NCBI GenBank assembly: GCA_900547165.1 | Contig: URFZ01000003.1 | Coordinates: 30,997-94,996 of the forward strand | Origin: an uncultured Eubacteriales bacterium | GTDB taxonomy: Bacteria > Bacillota > Clostridia > Oscillospirales > UBA644 | Length of the DNA: 64,000 nt | Direction of reading: 5' to 3' | Shown: in pieces, positions 54,725 through 64,000 of the stretch | Numbering within the stretch: the stretch's first letter is position 1 | Layout: every line of letters starts with the position of its first letter | Position numbers and translations under genes: made by a program | The notes under the pieces: model-generated | Databases searched by the model: none | Seen by the model: the letters and a program-made list of their open reading frames with translations, nothing else | Told to the model about the DNA's origin: nothing

Positions 54725-56686
54725 TTATCTATTCAAATTACTGCGAAGTTTAAGCGGCGAATACGAAACGCCGTTTCCTCCGTAAAATCTGCTGAACAAT
54801 TCATAAAATTCGAGACGCAGAACCTGAATCCCGACAATAAGACCTTCAAGAGCCATAACAAACAGGTTGCCGATAACAATAACAACAAGGTTGCCGCTTC
54901 CGAACGCCGCCGCGGGAACAGTTCCCGCAAGGGAGAAAACAACGCCCATCATACTTGCGTGTGACAGAGCGAACGCCCCGACACGAACAAACGAAAGTGA
55001 GTTTGTGCAATAGCTGAGGAATGTTTCGAACAGTTCGAATATGTTGCTCATAAGGTATTCGCCGAATTTTTTCGGGAACCAGTCTTTTTTACCTTTGCAA
55101 AGATCTGCAAGCGGTCCGCGGAAGAAGATTATCACAGCGGGAACGACAAGCAATCCGACAATGTAAGGTGTTGAAAGCAGGTTGAAAGAAATATCGGAGA
55201 ACATTCCCAAAATCGGACCGACAAGCCCGCCTATCAAAGCACAGTAGAAGATAAGTCCCGCAAGTCCGTTAGGTCCGAACAGCGCATTTTCAAGGTCTTT
55301 GCGCTTGAATGAGTTAATTATATTCATAATCATCGCAACCGCAATGAACACAACGCCTATTGCGATGGTAATTCCGAGCGCGGGCATCATGTGGTTTGAC
55401 GGAGTGAATACAAGTTCGCGTTCTTCACCGAATATCAGGCGACTCAACACGCCCTCGTAACCGAACACCGAATCGTAAACAACTCCGAATCCAGCCGAAA
55501 AAATGCCTATCGGAATCATGATCTTTCCGAGTTCGAGTTTTTTCAGTTTCCATGCCAAAAGACCGATAAGGCTGACGCATAAGCCCTGCCCGAGGTCTCC
55601 GAACATTATTCCGAAGAACAGCGAATAAGTCAACGCTACGATGGTCGTCGGGTCAAACTCCCCGTAACCGGGAACGCCGTACATACGCACGAACATTTCA
55701 AACGGTCTGAATATCAGCGGATTTTTCAACTTTGTGGGAGCGGACGAACCTTGATTTGCAGCCTTTTCCTTTGTTATCTTCAATCCGTCTATATCTATAT
55801 TCCCGAGCGTCTTTTCAAAATCTTTGATATTCTCGCTCGGAACCCAGCCCGCCATATAAAAGTTTTTGCCCGTCTTTCCGCAGAATTTTTTCAACTCTTC
55901 GGTTTCGTTCAAAAGGTCAACCGTTCGCAAAACCGCGCCTGAATAACTTTTCGCTTCCGTGAGAAGTTCTTTTTTATGAGTCTCCGCTTCTTTGAGCGCT
56001 TTTTCGGATTCTTCTATTTCTTCCGTCAGAAGTCTGCGCGCCTCGCTCGGGTTTCCGTGTATTTTCGAACTCAAAAGCTTGCGTTCAAATTGCAATGAAG
56101 CAAAGATACTGTCAACGTATTCGATATTCTCGGCGGCGGCAAAGTACATACCCCACACACAGTCCGTGTTTATCGAAGTCGGAATGAATATAAACAGTTT
56201 TTCGTCTTCAACAAAAGAAAGCCTGTTGTAAACGGTCTTTGCAAGTTTACCGAAACGGAATTTTATAAATTCGAGTTTGAACAAATCTGAAATATCGCAA
56301 TCTGTCTCCGAAAGTACATCAAGTTGCGATGCGACCTGTTCTTCTTCAAATATCGCATTTTTTATATTTTGAATTTTCTCGTCGATTTCCGCGGTATTCT
56401 GATGAAGTTTGTCTATGCGTTCCGACATTTCCGCAACATCGGTTCCCGTATCAACGTCCGTTTCCGCATCATCTTTTCCAGCAAGCGCGGCAAGTTCCTT
56501 TGCTTTTTTAAGAAGCGGGCGGTAAGGGTTTTCGTCTTCATAAGGAAGAAGATGAGAAAAACCGCGAAGCACGTTTCTTATGTTTTCCGGGTGAAAACAC
56601 TCGGTTTTTATAACCGCCTGCGCAGTTTCCGAATATGCGTCCAACGGACCGACAATATTCACCAACTGCATTTTTGATACAGCCAA
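54725..56686 (-). CDS. ntpI: V-type ATP synthase subunit I (stator a-subunit)
   Basis: 653 aa with an N-terminal cytoplasmic coiled-coil domain and a C-terminal polytopic domain (VRVGAFALSHASM, essential Arg context). Confidence 0.9.
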   Translation of the reverse strand: MAVSKMQLVNIVGPLDAYSETAQAVIKTECFHPENIRNVLRGFSHLLPYEDENPYRPLLKKAKELAALAGKDDAETDVDTGTDVAEMSERIDKLHQNTAEIDEKIQNIKNAIFEEEQVASQLDVLSETDCDISDLFKLEFIKFRFGKLAKTVYNRLSFVEDEKLFIFIPTSINTDCVWGMYFAAAENIEYVDSIFASLQFERKLLSSKIHGNPSEARRLLTEEIEESEKALKEAETHKKELLTEAKSYSGAVLRTVDLLNETEELKKFCGKTGKNFYMAGWVPSENIKDFEKTLGNIDIDGLKITKEKAANQGSSAPTKLKNPLIFRPFEMFVRMYGVPGYGEFDPTTIVALTYSLFFGIMFGDLGQGLCVSLIGLLAWKLKKLELGKIMIPIGIFSAGFGVVYDSVFGYEGVLSRLIFGEERELVFTPSNHMMPALGITIAIGVVFIAVAMIMNIINSFKRKDLENALFGPNGLAGLIFYCALIGGLVGPILGMFSDISFNLLSTPYIVGLLVVPAVIIFFRGPLADLCKGKKDWFPKKFGEYLMSNIFELFETFLSYCTNSLSFVRVGAFALSHASMMGVVFSLAGTVPAAAFGSGNLVVIVIGNLFVMALEGLIVGIQVLRLEFYELFSRFYGGNGVSYSPLKLRSNLNR

Positions 56687-56703
56687 AAATTCACACCGTC
56701 CTT

Positions 56704-57768
56704 TTATTCATTCGGTCTTTCAGACCGGTTGTTCCGAAGTCCGCACAGACTTGCCGTTATTCGCTCCTGCGAAAGCCCGTACCGCACGCCCTCGGCTATA
56801 TGGATAAGATTTCGTATCTCAATATCTTTCAAAGTCAGATATGCTATCGGCACGGCGACCGACGGCTGACCCGACATAAGGATAACCCTGTTCAGCGAAT
56901 ACGATATTTCGTATTCGTTCGGAATCTTCGTCTCGTCCGTTCCGACATATCTTGTATAATACGGACATATCTCGGAAAGTGTTTTTCCGAAATCCTGCGA
57001 AGAGTAAAGCCGCTTCAATTTGTCCGCATTCAGCCGTTTTCCGTAAGGAAGCATATATTGCTCGATTTTGTCGGTCGGAAACGATTTACGAAGTCTGACC
57101 GTACGGCTGATATTTTTAATGTCTATCTGCGTGCCCAACTGATTTTTTATTACCCGAAGATCTGTCGAGGACAATTCTTTTGCCATAACGGCAAACATCG
57201 AGGAATAAAACTTACCCGTCAGAAGCGTTTCGATCGTGGCATAATCGAGTTTTTCGATATCTTCCGCATTTATTGCCCCTGCATAAGACGTTTTTTCAAG
57301 CAGCGCAAGAAATTCGTCCGTTGTATTTGCCGAAAGCAAATCGACAATTTCTTTTTTTAGCCTGTCGCCGCCGTCCGCAAGAACGGAGCCGATAAACTCG
57401 GTTCGCCCTTCCGCAGTTCCGTTTCGGAGACCTCTCAAAACAGTAAGAATGAAGTTGACTTCTCGCTGCATTTTGTATGTGTCAAGAGACTTCTTCTTAT
57501 CGCCCGAAATAAAATTGGAAAGTCTTTTATAATCTTCGTCAAGTTGCGTTCGAAGCAATTTTTCAAGTCTTTCGCGGTGCAGTTCCTTTTCGTCCTCGTT
57601 TTCGAGAAGCGAACCGTAAACGGTTTTGTATTTGATGTACGAATTGACCTCGGCAAGCGTTTTTGCGGCGGAAAGCGCTCTGTAATCTTCCTCTTTCAGC
57701 CTGTTGCCGAACATCGCGCGCGCTTTTGCAGTAACCGCTCCGTATTTAATCAGCGTTCCAATCGACAT
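56704..57768 (-). CDS. ntpC: V-type ATP synthase subunit C (V0 d-type)
   Basis: The all-helical ~350-aa protein and the operon position fit. I chose the ATG at 57768 (MSIGTLIKYGAV...), which follows the upstream stop by 1 nt. The track start at 57807 overlaps the upstream gene. Confidence 0.75.
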   Translation of the reverse strand: MSIGTLIKYGAVTAKARAMFGNRLKEEDYRALSAAKTLAEVNSYIKYKTVYGSLLENEDEKELHRERLEKLLRTQLDEDYKRLSNFISGDKKKSLDTYKMQREVNFILTVLRGLRNGTAEGRTEFIGSVLADGGDRLKKEIVDLLSANTTDEFLALLEKTSYAGAINAEDIEKLDYATIETLLTGKFYSSMFAVMAKELSSTDLRVIKNQLGTQIDIKNISRTVRLRKSFPTDKIEQYMLPYGKRLNADKLKRLYSSQDFGKTLSEICPYYTRYVGTDETKIPNEYEISYSLNRVILMSGQPSVAVPIAYLTLKDIEIRNLIHIAEGVRYGLSQERITASLCGLRNNRSERPNE

Positions 57769-57769
57769 A

Positions 57770-58096
57770 TCAATTTCCGTCTTCCGCAAGCCCGATAACC
57801 CGGTCAAACATCTCGTTCATCCATCTGTCCTTATTCTCACGATACGTTTTATCAAGAGTTTCGGTTTTTTTTTCGAACCTTCCGTCAATATCGGCGGAAG
57901 CGTCCTTAAACGCTTTTTTGGTTACATCCGTCGAAGCAGATATCTCATCATACGCTTTCGCAAGTTCCGTTTTTCTCATTTCGCTTATCTTGCTTTGCAT
58001 TTCGTCAAGGTCATGCTCCTGTTGTTGCTTGGCTGAAACAACAATCTCTTTCGCAAGATTTTCGCATTCTACTATTTTATTCAGAATATCAGGCAT
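57770..58096 (-). CDS. V-type ATP synthase small peripheral-stalk subunit (G/H-like)
   Basis: 108-aa charged single helix (ENLAKEIVVSAKQQQEHDLDEMQSKISEMRK). It is the first gene of the ATPase block. Confidence 0.6.
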   Translation of the reverse strand: MPDILNKIVECENLAKEIVVSAKQQQEHDLDEMQSKISEMRKTELAKAYDEISASTDVTKKAFKDASADIDGRFEKKTETLDKTYRENKDRWMNEMFDRVIGLAEDGN

Positions 58097-58862
58097 TTTT
58101 TATCCCCTCTAATCCGTATAATTCACAAGTATTTTCAAAGGTTATTTTTTCCGCCTCAGACTCGGATATGCCCTTGATTTCCGCAATCTTCTCAGCGACC
58201 TTAGCCACAAACCGAGGTTCGTTTCGTCTTCCTCGGAACGGCACGGGCGCAAGATACGGGCAATCGGTCTCAATCAAAATTCTGTCAAGCGGGACGACCT
58301 GCGCCGCTTCAACCGCTTTGCGCGCATTTTTGAAAGTCAACACGCCCGAAAACGAAACGTAAAAACCGAGTTTGACAACCTCTTTTGCCATTTCAGACGA
58401 ACCGCTGAAACAATGAAAAACGCCTGTTACGCCGTATTTTTTAACAAGTTTTATGCAATCCTCATGTGCGTCGCGGTCATGAATAACTATTTTACTGTTC
58501 GTGTCTTTTGCAAGTTGCAGTTGCTTTTCAAAAAGAATCAACTGTTTTTCGCGGGACGGCGTTTCGTAATAATAATCCAGACCTATCTCTCCGAGCCCGA
58601 CACATTTTTTGTCGTTCAACATCAAACGTATCTTGTCAATATCCGCCTCGCAAAAATCGTCCGCAGCATCGGGATGAAGCCCGCAAACGGCATATACATT
58701 TTTGTTTTCGTTTGCGATTTTTAACGCAAACTCGGAACTTTCGATATCGTAACCCGCACAGATAACAGCACCGACTTCGTTTTTTTCAAGCGCATTCAGA
58801 ACATATCTGCGGTCAATATTGAATCTTGCATCATTCAGATGTGCATGAGAATCAAAAAGCAT
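58089..58862 (-). CDS. tatD: TatD-family metal-dependent hydrolase/DNase
   Basis: MLFDSHAHLND, GLHP, GEIGLDYY, IHDRDAH, ETDCPYL. The start at 58862 is preferred because the upstream 17 codons of the track ORF run into a hairpin. Confidence 0.9.
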   Translation of the reverse strand: MLFDSHAHLNDARFNIDRRYVLNALEKNEVGAVICAGYDIESSEFALKIANENKNVYAVCGLHPDAADDFCEADIDKIRLMLNDKKCVGLGEIGLDYYYETPSREKQLILFEKQLQLAKDTNSKIVIHDRDAHEDCIKLVKKYGVTGVFHCFSGSSEMAKEVVKLGFYVSFSGVLTFKNARKAVEAAQVVPLDRILIETDCPYLAPVPFRGRRNEPRFVAKVAEKIAEIKGISESEAEKITFENTCELYGLEGIKNA

Positions 58863-58880
58863 TTTTAACCTCTTACGGCA

Positions 58881-58910
58881 TTTCAGATTGCGGCAAACCG
58901 CAATCTGAAA
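58881..58910 (-). terminator. 13-bp hairpin between the 403-aa gene and tatD (no clear U-tract)
   Basis: tttcagattgcgg-caaa-ccgcaatctgaaa. Confidence 0.4.
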
Positions 58911-58919
58911 CAATTATTT

Positions 58920-60131
58920 TTATTCAACGGTCACAAAAATACCCTCGCCGCAATCAAGCGCCGTGAAGTATTTTCCGTCAACAGGCTTCAACTCAACGGG
59001 AAGTCCCTTGATATATGCGATAACCTTATTCGCCCCGTCAAGTTCAAACTCAACGTCTGCAATTTTGCCGTCGCCGAGTTCCGCCATATTGACAAGCGTG
59101 AATGCGTGACCTTCGCCATCTTTCTTGTCAAAACAACCGATAAGCACAGTCTGATTGGATTTTATGTCAACAATGGTAGAGAAAGCTTCATACTCATTAT
59201 CAAAATCCGCATAGTCGGGCGAACGGCGGGTCTTGTATGTAAACGCGCCGATATTTTTATACTGCATATAAACGTCCGAAACCGCCGCTATTTCCATATT
59301 TACGGTTCTGCCCGCAGACCAGTTCGGAAGTTTTTGTCTCTTCTTATCGGGTTCCTGCGTATATGCGCCGCCGGTTATGTCATAACAGAAATGCAGTATC
59401 GTATTGCATCCGAACGAAAGAGCGACCCAACTTTGGAAACGGAAATCAGCCGCGTCGGGGCATCTGTTCGGTCCGAATTCCATCGACTGAATGTAAATTC
59501 TGAAATCCTTGTTGTACTTGCGGCAAAGCTGCGCCTGAATGTCAAGGCTTCTCAAATATTCGTCGTATGTAAACTTCTTACCGTTATCCTGCAAAAGCGG
59601 ATAAACGTCCGTGCAGATGTAATCGGCAGAGGTAACCGTCTTTGCGAAATCTTCGAGATATTTCTCAAAATCAAGTTCGCCGAAAACAAATGCCGCCGCA
59701 TACATCGGAAGCAGGTTTACATAAGTATCTTTGCCCGGATAAACTTTCAAATAAGTTTCAAGAACGTGTTGTATTCTCGGATAGTCATTCGGGGACGGCT
59801 CATCGTCAAACCCATTGCCTACCCACACGGGGCTGTCTTTATAATAAGAGGTATATTTCTTCACGTCCTCTTCAGTCAAATCGATTCCCAGACCGTTCAT
59901 AACATTGTCGTGAATAATAACTCTGATATTGTACTTTTCGCACATTGCCAATGCGTCTTTGAATATTTTTTCCCAAGTGGGATTGCCCCAAACAACGGTC
60001 AAAAACATCAAATTCTGTCCGTGAGCAATATAGTTTTTATAATCGACCTCGGGAATCTCGTTGATAAGTCCCTTTGCCAAATACTCCTCACGGATTCCGT
60101 ACATCGAGCCGATATCTATCTGCTTTTTCAT
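58920..60131 (-). CDS. Uncharacterised cytoplasmic protein (possibly glycoside-hydrolase-like barrel plus C-terminal beta domain)
   Basis: 403 aa with protein-like composition, a good RBS (gaggaggaag) and no signal peptide. I cannot name a family motif. Confidence 0.5.
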   Translation of the reverse strand: MKKQIDIGSMYGIREEYLAKGLINEIPEVDYKNYIAHGQNLMFLTVVWGNPTWEKIFKDALAMCEKYNIRVIIHDNVMNGLGIDLTEEDVKKYTSYYKDSPVWVGNGFDDEPSPNDYPRIQHVLETYLKVYPGKDTYVNLLPMYAAAFVFGELDFEKYLEDFAKTVTSADYICTDVYPLLQDNGKKFTYDEYLRSLDIQAQLCRKYNKDFRIYIQSMEFGPNRCPDAADFRFQSWVALSFGCNTILHFCYDITGGAYTQEPDKKRQKLPNWSAGRTVNMEIAAVSDVYMQYKNIGAFTYKTRRSPDYADFDNEYEAFSTIVDIKSNQTVLIGCFDKKDGEGHAFTLVNMAELGDGKIADVEFELDGANKVIAYIKGLPVELKPVDGKYFTALDCGEGIFVTVE

Positions 60132-60328
60132 TTTTTCTTCCTCCTCGGAAAGCGTTTTGCGCGCTCTTCATTCGGAACTATCTCATTCCGCACGCTGTTT
60201 AGCATATTATATCAGAGAAATCGTAAAAAAACAAGTCTTTTGCCCAAAAATAACAGATTTATTTCAAATCTGACATCAGCCGATAAAACAGACCGTTAAT
60301 ACACAAATAATTACTGTTAGCAAATGCT

Positions 60329-61015
60329 TTAATTTGCTCTTTCCGTCTTTTCTTCCTTGACAAACATCATCAAAAAACTTATAAGAAGTAAAGCACAGCA
60401 TATCCACACGGAACGTACGCCTATCTTTCTTGTCAAAAACGTTCCTATTCCTGCGCCCACGGCAAAAATCAGGATAACTCCGAAGTATGTGAACGCCTTT
60501 TCAAGAATTTTTTTGTCCTTTGAACGAAAATATGCACACAGCGCTTCCGTTCCGCTCCTCAGATTGCCTATGCACATAGTGCTTGCGTAAGCGTGTCCGC
60601 GCACCTTATGAAATGTCTGAACCTGCAACGCGCAGACAAACGAAACAAGAGCATTTGCAACCGCGTCAAGCCTGTGGTCGAGAAACCCAACTATGAAAAG
60701 CAAGATTATCTCGCAAAGCAGAATTATCTGCCGCCAATGAATTTTTTCGCAGTTTTTAAGCCGTCCGTGAATAAGCTCCGCAACCGCCGTTCCGATAAGG
60801 AAAGAAACAACGGGAACAAGGTATTTCCAAACCTCGCTCCACTCTCCGAGAAACAGCGACGAACTCAACAACACCACATTGCCCGTCTGCGCGTTCGCAA
60901 AAACTTCATCTCGGCAACAGTATGTGTATGCGTCCTGAAAACCGCCGGAAAGAACTATAAAAACCGCCGCCCGAAACGAGTCGGACATCTGCCCTGTTAC
61001 GGCTTTTAATCTCAT
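60329..61015 (-). CDS. YoaK/DUF1275-family membrane protein
   Basis: From the ATG at 61015: MRLKAVTGQMSDSFRAAVFIVLSGGFQDAYTYCCRDEVFANAQTGN is the DUF1275 N-terminal signature. The upstream part of the track ORF is in frame but overlaps the preceding gene. Confidence 0.75.
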   Translation of the reverse strand: MRLKAVTGQMSDSFRAAVFIVLSGGFQDAYTYCCRDEVFANAQTGNVVLLSSSLFLGEWSEVWKYLVPVVSFLIGTAVAELIHGRLKNCEKIHWRQIILLCEIILLFIVGFLDHRLDAVANALVSFVCALQVQTFHKVRGHAYASTMCIGNLRSGTEALCAYFRSKDKKILEKAFTYFGVILIFAVGAGIGTFLTRKIGVRSVWICCALLLISFLMMFVKEEKTERAN

Positions 61016-61329
61016 GCGTTTCGCCTCGGAAAAGAAAATACAAACGCCGTATAGGAAAGCATAAAACCAAGAAATGACAAAATCAGCAGCGCAACATTTA
61101 TTCCCGCCAAAAATTCGCCGACACAGGCGCAAACAAAACCGAGCGCCATGGTAGCGGATGCAAATCGCGTCCAACCGTTTCTTGCGATTGCGTCCGTTGC
61201 AAGTTTCAGAACAAGAACAGCCGTTGCAATGTCCACCATGACCGCCATTATAATATTGAATACCGTTGCCATTAAAAAGACCTTGCTTTCAAATATAAGT
61301 TTTCGAAAAAGTCGCTTGACTTTTTTCAC
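61012..61329 (-). CDS. Small hydrophobic membrane protein (3 TM), unknown function
   Basis: 105-aa ORF whose stop overlaps the DUF1275 ATG (ATGA). The start is uncertain. Confidence 0.45.
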   Translation of the reverse strand: MKKVKRLFRKLIFESKVFLMATVFNIIMAVMVDIATAVLVLKLATDAIARNGWTRFASATMALGFVCACVGEFLAGINVALLILSFLGFMLSYTAFVFSFPRRNA

Positions 61330-61422
61330 CTGATATATTATAATACAAAAGTCGATATATGTAAAATCTTTAATTTGTATATCTGAAATTCATTTTTGAT
61401 ATATCCAAAAGAGGTATTTCGT

Positions 61423-62304
61423 ATGTACATAAACTATGATTATTACCGCGTTTTTTACTTTGTTGCGAAGTACGGAAGCCTTTCGCAGGCTTCAAAACAG
61501 TTGATGAACAATCAGCCGAACCTGACGCGAACCATCAAAAACCTCGAAAGCGCACTCGGATGTCCCCTTTTCTCCCGCACAAACAGAGGTATGAAGTTGA
61601 CGCCCGAGGGCGAAAAACTTTTTGAACATATACGAATAGCGTTTGACCACATCGAAGCGGGCGAAGCCGAAGTTACGGAAAGCAAAAACCTGCAAAACGG
61701 AACTGTATTTGTCGCAGCAAGCGAAGTGGCGCTCCGTTGTCTGCTGCTTCCTGTTCTTAAAAAGTTCCGTCTTAAATATCCAGGCGTCAGAATCCGTATC
61801 AGCAATCACTCAACGCCGCAGGCAATAACCGCGCTCAAAGACGGCATTGCGGACATCGCAATTGTCACCACGCCGACCGTCGAAGCACCGTCATTAACTG
61901 AAATCGGAGTTCGCACAATTCGCGAAGTCGCTATTTGTTCCCCATACTTCAAATCACTTATAAACAAAAAAGTTTCGCTCTCTTCCCTGCCGAATTATCC
62001 TATAATCTCGCTCGGAAAAGACACCAAATCATTTGAATTTTACTCCGAGTTTTTTGCCGACAACGGCGTCCCCTATCTGCCCGACATAGAAGCCTACACC
62101 GCAGACCAAATATTGCCCATGGTCGAAGCCGACCTCGGCATAGGCTTTGTCCCCGAAGAATTTATTCACCCTACGGACAACGTCTGCGTAATCGACCTGA
62201 AAGAACAAATTCCGACCCGCTCGATTTGCCTGATTCAGCGAAAAGAACAGCCCCTCAGCGTCGCCGCCAAGGAACTGAAAAAAATGATTTTGGAAAACAT
62301 ATAA
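61423..62304 (+). CDS. LysR-family transcriptional regulator
   Basis: HTH YYRVFYFVAKYGSLSQASKQLMNNQPNLTRTIKNLESALGCPLF plus a substrate-binding domain. ATG 61423 with RBS aaagaggt. Divergent from the DUF1275 pair. Confidence 0.9.
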   Translation: MYINYDYYRVFYFVAKYGSLSQASKQLMNNQPNLTRTIKNLESALGCPLFSRTNRGMKLTPEGEKLFEHIRIAFDHIEAGEAEVTESKNLQNGTVFVAASEVALRCLLLPVLKKFRLKYPGVRIRISNHSTPQAITALKDGIADIAIVTTPTVEAPSLTEIGVRTIREVAICSPYFKSLINKKVSLSSLPNYPIISLGKDTKSFEFYSEFFADNGVPYLPDIEAYTADQILPMVEADLGIGFVPEEFIHPTDNVCVIDLKEQIPTRSICLIQRKEQPLSVAAKELKKMILENI

Positions 62305-62310
62305 CGTAAT

Positions 62311-62340
62311 CGCGCCCGAGGTATCTCGGGCGCGTATTTT
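62311..62340 (+). terminator. Terminator after the LysR gene
   Basis: cgcgcccgag-gtat-ctcgggcgcg, a 10-bp GC-rich stem, followed by tatttta. Confidence 0.75.
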
Positions 62341-62349
62341 ACTTTTTAA

Positions 62350-62982
62350 CTATAAAATCGTTAACTTTTTGCAATGCTGGCATACGACCGCGTGGGTCTC
62401 ACTTGTGATAGGAAGTTTAGTATCGCAATGTATGCAACGGATATAGTATTTTTCTTTTTCAAAATTTGAATAATCCTCTGCCAATAACATTTGTTTATTG
62501 TAGAATTCTAGATTTTTTGATGGTCTGAAATACTTTCCCGAATCACGACGTGCAGAGTAATTGGGGCGTTCCTCCATAGTCCTAACCATGTTACTATATT
62601 CTTTCAAAGCACCTCCATACGCCCAAACGATGCCCAAGATACCAAAAATCAAAAATAAAAAATGGAAGCCAAGCAACATAATCAGTACGACAATCAACCC
62701 GACAACGTACAAGGAGTTTACGACTGTTCCCATCAAAACAAAACGTTTTCTTCTGTTGCTTTCCAGAGCATTTTTCCGTTTTTCCAAATTGTTTATCATG
62801 ATGCGCCGTTGTGTCTCTTTGTCAACCGGCGAATGATTGATAAATTCGTCTTTCGATGTTTCTTTGAGTTTCTTGTCAACTTCTTCGGCGCTGTAATCGC
62901 AGTTACACTTTTTGCAGAACACGGGTTTCCCCTGTCCCGCCGCAATTTCCGCTCCGCAAAAGTCGCATTTGAATTTTTTCAT
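62350..62982 (-). CDS. Zinc-ribbon membrane protein of unknown function
   Basis: N-terminal CDFC...CKKC and C-terminal CIHC...CQHC ribbons flank two adjacent TM helices. Confidence 0.6.
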   Translation of the reverse strand: MKKFKCDFCGAEIAAGQGKPVFCKKCNCDYSAEEVDKKLKETSKDEFINHSPVDKETQRRIMINNLEKRKNALESNRRKRFVLMGTVVNSLYVVGLIVVLIMLLGFHFLFLIFGILGIVWAYGGALKEYSNMVRTMEERPNYSARRDSGKYFRPSKNLEFYNKQMLLAEDYSNFEKEKYYIRCIHCDTKLPITSETHAVVCQHCKKLTIL

Positions 62983-63111
62983 TTAATCCTCTGTTTCCAA
63001 AACATAAATACTATGTTATATGAGAATAATATAGCAAAAAATTCTGATTTTGTCAAGATATTCGATTATTCATTACAGAAACCACAGGCTGAAAATACAA
63101 AGGCTTCGCAA

Positions 63112-63149
63112 AATGCCCCGACAAAAGCAAAATGCTTCGTCGGGGCATT
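63112..63149 (-). terminator. Terminator after the E1-beta gene
   Basis: aatgccccgac / gtcggggcatt, an 11-bp stem with a 16-nt loop. Confidence 0.6.
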
Positions 63150-63210
63150 GTTTACTTGTAAAAATCCGTCAGCCTATGCGGCTTTTCGGATATTCAACTC
63201 TTTGTCCGAA

Positions 63211-64000
63211 TCAGACACCGAGCTTAGATCTTCTGAGCATCTCGTTATCCGTGAAGTTGTGAGTCGCGGTATAGCCGGGAAGCGGAAGAATGCGCTCATG
63301 GATAGCGTCGATGATCCAATCAGCCTGCGGGAAGAAGTGCGTTTCAAGCTCGTGAGCGGGCGTGATCCAGTTTCTGGAGCCGACAACCGTAACGGGAGCG
63401 TCAAGGTAATCGAATGCAAGAGACTGAATGTTGCAAGCCATGTCTTTGAGAACGGAGTTTCTTTCAACAGCGTCGGAAGCAAGCAGGATTCTGCCGGTCT
63501 TCTTAACGGACTCAATAACGAGGTCATAGTTGAACGGAACGATGGAACGTGCGTCGATAACTTCCGCGGAAACATTGTACTTTTCCTGAAGAATATCAGC
63601 CGCTTCAAGCGCTTTGTAGAGCGTTGCGCCGACGGTAAGGATGGTGATATCCGTACCCTTTCTCTTGATATCGGGCTCGCCGAGAGGAATTTCGTAGTAT
63701 TCGGTCGGAACTCCGCCTTCGTGGAATCTTTCGCCGAAGTCGTAAACTCTCTGGCTCTCGAAGAATACAACGGGGTCGGTTCCCGCAAGAGCGGAAGCCA
63801 TAAGACCTCTTGCATCGTAAGGAGTTACGGGGAATACGGCCTTCAAGCCGGGAATGTGCGCGATAAGCGCCGTCCAGTCCTGAGAGTGCTGTGCGCCGTA
63901 CTTGGAGCCGACGGAAACACGGAGAACAACAGGCATTCTGAGAAGACCTGCGGACATGGACTGCCATTTAGCCAACTGGTTGAAGATTTCGTCGCCTGCG
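63211..64000 (-). CDS. 2-oxoacid (pyruvate/acetoin/branched-chain) dehydrogenase E1 component beta subunit; N-terminus outside window
   Basis: Transketolase-like Pyr and C-terminal domains ([56 protein letters not shown]). The frame is open to base 64000. Confidence 0.85.
   Translation of the reverse strand, partial: AGDEIFNQLAKWQSMSAGLLRMPVVLRVSVGSKYGAQHSQDWTALIAHIPGLKAVFPVTPYDARGLMASALAGTDPVVFFESQRVYDFGERFHEGGVPTEYYEIPLGEPDIKRKGTDITILTVGATLYKALEAADILQEKYNVSAEVIDARSIVPFNYDLVIESVKKTGRILLASDAVERNSVLKDMACNIQSLAFDYLDAPVTVVGSRNWITPAHELETHFFPQADWIIDAIHERILPLPGYTATHNFTDNEMLRRSKLGV

Noticed and set aside
59106-60299. 397-aa plus-strand ORF opposite the 403-aa gene, and similar long antisense or alternate-frame ORFs
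   Set aside because: All lie opposite, or out of frame with, genes that have strong family motifs or far more protein-like composition. They are Arg/Ser/Phe/Ile-rich and lack translation signals, so they are frame shadows. The other cases are 5473-6609, 9009-9929, 14204-15229, 20717-21532, 21803-22678, 25756-26616, 28447-29553, 53788-54489, 56635-57360 and 63174-63815.
1-64000. CRISPR arrays, rRNA genes, IS elements, toxin-antitoxin pairs, retron/DGR-type reverse-transcriptase systems and known defence-system gene sets
   Set aside because: I saw no regularly spaced direct repeats and no transposase, reverse-transcriptase, nuclease-helicase or Cas-like ORFs. All long ORFs are accounted for by housekeeping or metabolic families.

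Overview
The window looks like a low/medium-GC Firmicutes (Clostridia-type, gut or rumen-like) chromosome segment. It is densely coded and mostly housekeeping or accessory metabolism, with no prophage, CRISPR array or recognisable defence island. Gene content in order:
- 1-8.6 kb: ispH-S1 fusion (5' partial), hprK, murB, whiA, dnaE, ybaK.
- 8.7-17.6 kb: PAP2 phosphatase, asnA, glnA, an S1-domain protein, a large GH-like protein and a lipoprotein.
- 17.7-22.9 kb: a ~630-nt highly structured non-coding RNA with its own near-consensus promoter, followed by a 4-TM protein and tlyA-nadK-argR-recN.
- 23-31.9 kb: a MATE exporter and an AraC-controlled sugar ABC transporter with fucI and fucU.
- 32-36 kb: a lone tRNA-Pro(CGG) and an extracytoplasmic thiol/methionine-sulfoxide repair operon (rhodanese, Rrf2, small CxxxxC membrane protein, MsrAB, CcdA, TlpA-like).
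- 36.2-42.3 kb: a secreted tandem-repeat protein, an OmpR/HK two-component system, a lipoprotein and an MBOAT + DHHW O-acylation pair.
- 42.4-49 kb: a translationally coupled cdaA-cdaR-FAD protein-RseC-like operon, a class-V aminotransferase + DUF3343 pair and a Xer-type recombinase.
- 49.6-64 kb: a nine-gene V-type ATPase operon preceded by tatD, DUF1275 and LysR genes, a zinc-ribbon membrane protein and a 2-oxoacid dehydrogenase E1-beta gene (partial).

The most interesting element is the large RNA at ~17780-18415. By size, architecture and gene neighbourhood I call it an OLE-class RNA with its partner OapA. That class is already described, but its biochemical function is unresolved.

Secondary observations:
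- A small redox-motif membrane protein is interrupted by an in-frame TGA.
- Paired palindromic operators overlap the redox-operon promoter.
- A perfect promoter plus a 14-bp palindrome sit inside a 600-bp AT-rich gap upstream of the recombinase.
- Perfect TTGACA-N17-TATAAT promoters are unusually frequent in this window.

All functional calls come from reading motifs in the supplied translations and from hand-folded hairpins. No database search was possible.
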